A stretch of DNA of 64,000 nucleotides from Felis catus (lineage: Eukaryota): positions 110,486,001-110,550,000 of the forward strand of contig NC_058373.1 in assembly GCF_018350175.1 (NCBI RefSeq). The letters are read 5' to 3'. Under the pieces are notes generated by a model, which saw only the letters and a program-made list of their open reading frames with translations, searched no databases and was not told the DNA's origin. The position numbers were made by a program, and so were the translations under genes. Positions 13,093-64,000 of this stretch are shown piece after piece (position 1 is the stretch's first letter; each line of letters begins with the position of its first letter).

Positions 13093-13162
13093 TCACCCGA
13101 GATTTCAAAACGGTTACGGGCGCTATTCACCCGAGATTTCAAAACGGTTACGGGCGCTATTC
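13093..13162. repeat. Perfect 2 x 34-bp tandem duplication
   Basis: TCACCCGAGATTTCAAAACGGTTACGGGCGCTAT at 13093-13126 and 13127-13160, followed by TC. Confidence 0.97.
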
Positions 13163-13620
13163 GGACCCTCGGACTCAGAATAGGGATGGAAGCCCCACAC
13201 CAGTCTGACAGCGCCGGTGGGCGAGAAGAAGCCGCCCCAGGCCAGCCCTGCGCCCCACCAGGTACCCCGCGCGGAGACCGGCGGAACTCTCCCGGGGAAG
13301 CCACGCGCCTTCAGCCCCCTGGGTACAACTTCCCCAGGGAGCAATCCTGCCCCAGAGACCCGCCTCACTCCCGCGCGCGCGAAACCGTTCTCCCGCGAGA
13401 TCGCCCCTCCGACTCCGCCCACTGCTCCGCCCACGGAGAGCTGGCCTGGAGGCCAGACCCCTCTTCGGACAGTTCCCCGCCCCACCCGAAGGCGCAATCT
13501 GAAACTACGCCTTCCACCAGCCAATCATTTCCTCTAGTCGCTCATCACCGAGTTCATCCATCTTTCCGGGGCTTTCGGAAGTCCAAATCCCGGCTCTTCA
13601 CTACAGAAGTGCCTAGGTCC

Positions 13621-13720
13621 TTCCGGACTGCGCATGCGCATCGACGGGGCGGGGGGTGGGGGAGGGGCGGGTGGCGCAGGCGCAGTAGCTTGATCTCCGG
13701 GGGTGGTCGCTAAGCACGTG
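13621..13720 (+). promoter_or_regulatory. Core promoter motif cluster: ETS, NRF1, GC-boxes, E-box
   Basis: TTCCGG at 13621-13626; perfect NRF1 palindrome TGCGCATGCGCA at 13629-13640; GGGGCGGGG and G-runs at 13646-13671; NRF1-like GCGCAGGCGCA at 13674-13684; CACGTG at 13715-13720. These are motif matches only. Confidence 0.7.
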
Positions 13721-13804
13721 GGTTGTGCTGGCCAGCGCGCCAGTGGAGCTACTGGATCCTCAGTTTCGGTGGTGTCCATCGTGGGCAGCGGACTAATAAA
13801 GGCC

Positions 13805-61981
<48,177 letters not shown>

Positions 61982-62925
61982 TGACCTGTGCCTGTTTCTT
62001 CATAAAGCTGCTCATATTCTCATGACTAAGAGGTGCCCAAAGCAAGAGGTGTTCAGACGGCTCTCCTACTGGCCGCCTTATCACTCACAGGCACTGGCGG
62101 CTCTTGGCATTTACAGATGGTGGAAATGGGCTTCGCGGCCTGTCTTCTGAGGGAGCCATCTGATAATATCTAAGCCCCTCCAAGGACATGGACTTGGCTA
62201 TATCCACAAAAAGCCCCTTTATGTTTAGACTGTTTTTAAGTGAGTCCCATCTTCCCTCTAAATAGTGACGCTGGCAGCCAGCCAAGCAAACCATTAAGCT
62301 GAGACAGAGGTCAGGGCCTTCTTGAAAGGCACATGCTGGGTGGGACTAGCACAGAGTAGGAGAGAAGGGGAGGAGAAAGGTAGGTCTGCCCTGGACTGCC
62401 TCCGGGTAACAGAGAAACTAGGTTAGGACTAGCTTATCTTCAACTCCAACCTGAACTTTGTGTGTTCCTGAATTCCTACTGGTTAGAAATTACACTTTTT
62501 ATCCTATTATTTTAATACCTTTTCTTTAGCACACGTACATGAAGACAGTGTGCTAGTTTTCAGAAATTACTTGAAGAAGTATTAAATTCCTAGCCTTCTT
62601 AAATTCTAGAAGCTGGTCTTACAACTTGAGAAATAAGAGCCCCCTCTCTTAAAATCGGTGTTTCTTTTCTTTGTTTGTTTGTTTGTTTAAATGTTTATTC
62701 CTTTTGAGAGAGACAGAGTGTGGGTGGGGGAGAGGCAGAGAGGGGGCGACACAGAATCCGTAGCAGGCTCCAGGCTGTCAGCACAGAGCCTGCCGCGGGG
62801 CTCAAATCCACGAACTGGGAGATCATGGCCTGAGCTGAAGTCAGATGCTTAACTGACTGACCACCCCCCCCCCCCCCCCCCCCCCGGGCGCTCCTAAAAT
62901 CAGTGTTCTTCATGTAGCTATCATA

Positions 62926-63353
62926 CAGCAGTTCTCAAGCATTTTAGTCTCAGAACTTCTTTACACTTAAAATTCTTGAGGCGCTGAAAGAACTTTTGTT
63001 TCGGTAGTTATATCGGTATTGACTATGTTGGGAATTGAAGATGAGTTACATTTTAACAAAAACAATTCTTTTCATGAAAAGTTGTTATATTTCCCCAAAC
63101 AAAATGTAAGCATCGTACAGTTTTCAGGTCTCTTCAGTATCTGGCCTAATTGAAGACTACTGGATTTTCATGTTCTGCACGGAATCAGTTGTGTTAGCAC
63201 ATGTCATGTATTCTTTGCATAAGTCCATTGTACCCTCAGTGAGAGAATGAGTGTGAAAAGGGCCGTGATATTTTAGAGTTACTATGGAAATAGTCTTGAC
63301 CTCATGGCCCTGTGAAAGGATTCGGTCCCCAGACCACTCTGTGAGAACCACTG
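62926..63353 (-). mobile_element. hAT-Charlie non-autonomous element (Charlie1b-like)
   Basis: Terminal inverted repeats CAGCAGTTCTCA...TGAGAACCACTG; the internal sequence is similar to 30455-31050. Confidence 0.75.
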
Positions 63354-64000
63354 CCATAACACAACCCCAGGACACCTCTCCAGTGTCACTGGTCCCCCAG
63401 GTACCAAAAGCACTCCTAGCCCACGAATGCAGGTTGGACTCCTTTTATCTTCCCAGTTATAACCAATGTGTTTTCCTCTTGCACCCCTCACACCGTTGCA
63501 CCTTCTTTCCTCCTGCCCTCATGGTCTGAAACATAATGCCAGACACTTAACTCAGGCAGCAGTGAGAGGAGAGCCTCGTACGTAGCCTCACTTCTGTCAA
63601 GGAGCCAGACATGCTGCTCACAGTCCCTCATGGAGCTACATGTCAGCCCCAGAACACGGTGGCTCAGGTCCCTGCTTGCTGCCCTGCCTCTCTGGCCCCC
63701 TTTGGAGACAGAGGAATGGGAGTGGACCACTCTGGGTGGCTGAAGCCTTGTAAGGCATGCCCATTGTCCACAGTGGAGTCCCTGGGATGAGCACCTTTAC
63801 CTCAGTGCGCGTCCCTGTGGATGCGGCAGAAGCCAAGCCACCGGCCACCTCCGTAACAGTGAACTCACCACTTAAGTATTCTGACACCTTGAAATATACT
63901 CTGATGGAGGGAGAAAATCCTGGGCTGTGTCCCTCCTGTTTTATCGCTCATGCTCCCTAGTTCAGCCCCACAAACTTGCGCGTTGGCTCCGTGGACCAGG

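Noticed and set aside
62864..62885. 22-nt poly-C run inside a SINE head
   Set aside because: Most simply homopolymer slippage or a sequencing artefact; no functional inference is possible.

Overview
Mammalian genomic DNA, almost certainly a felid, judged from about 50 Can-SINE/SINEC_Fc-type elements and feline-type L1. The window holds the CpG-island promoter and coding exons 1-21 of MTHFD1 (cytosolic C1-tetrahydrofolate synthase) on the + strand. I assembled these exons by hand: all introns are GT-AG, 2136 nt = 712 codons, no stops, and the gene runs off the right edge. The rest is mostly interspersed repeats (SINEs, truncated L1s, two solo LTRs, hAT and Tigger-type DNA transposon fossils). 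Nearly all ORFs in the supplied track are repeat-derived or spurious. The observations not explained by this annotation are: (1) a decayed second copy of MTHFD1 exon 1 inside intron 1 (MAPAKIL, dead donor); (2) a chain of exon-like segments on the minus strand of intron 1 that may be a fossil nested gene; (3) a decayed head-to-head gene upstream, plausibly TEX21, with one exon split by a young L1; (4) a perfect 34-bp tandem duplication of a MYB+CHR-like module in the promoter; (5) a tailless 36-nt U2 snRNA retrocopy with a target-site duplication. Repeat family names are from memory of consensus sequences, and repeat boundaries without a stated TSD are approximate.
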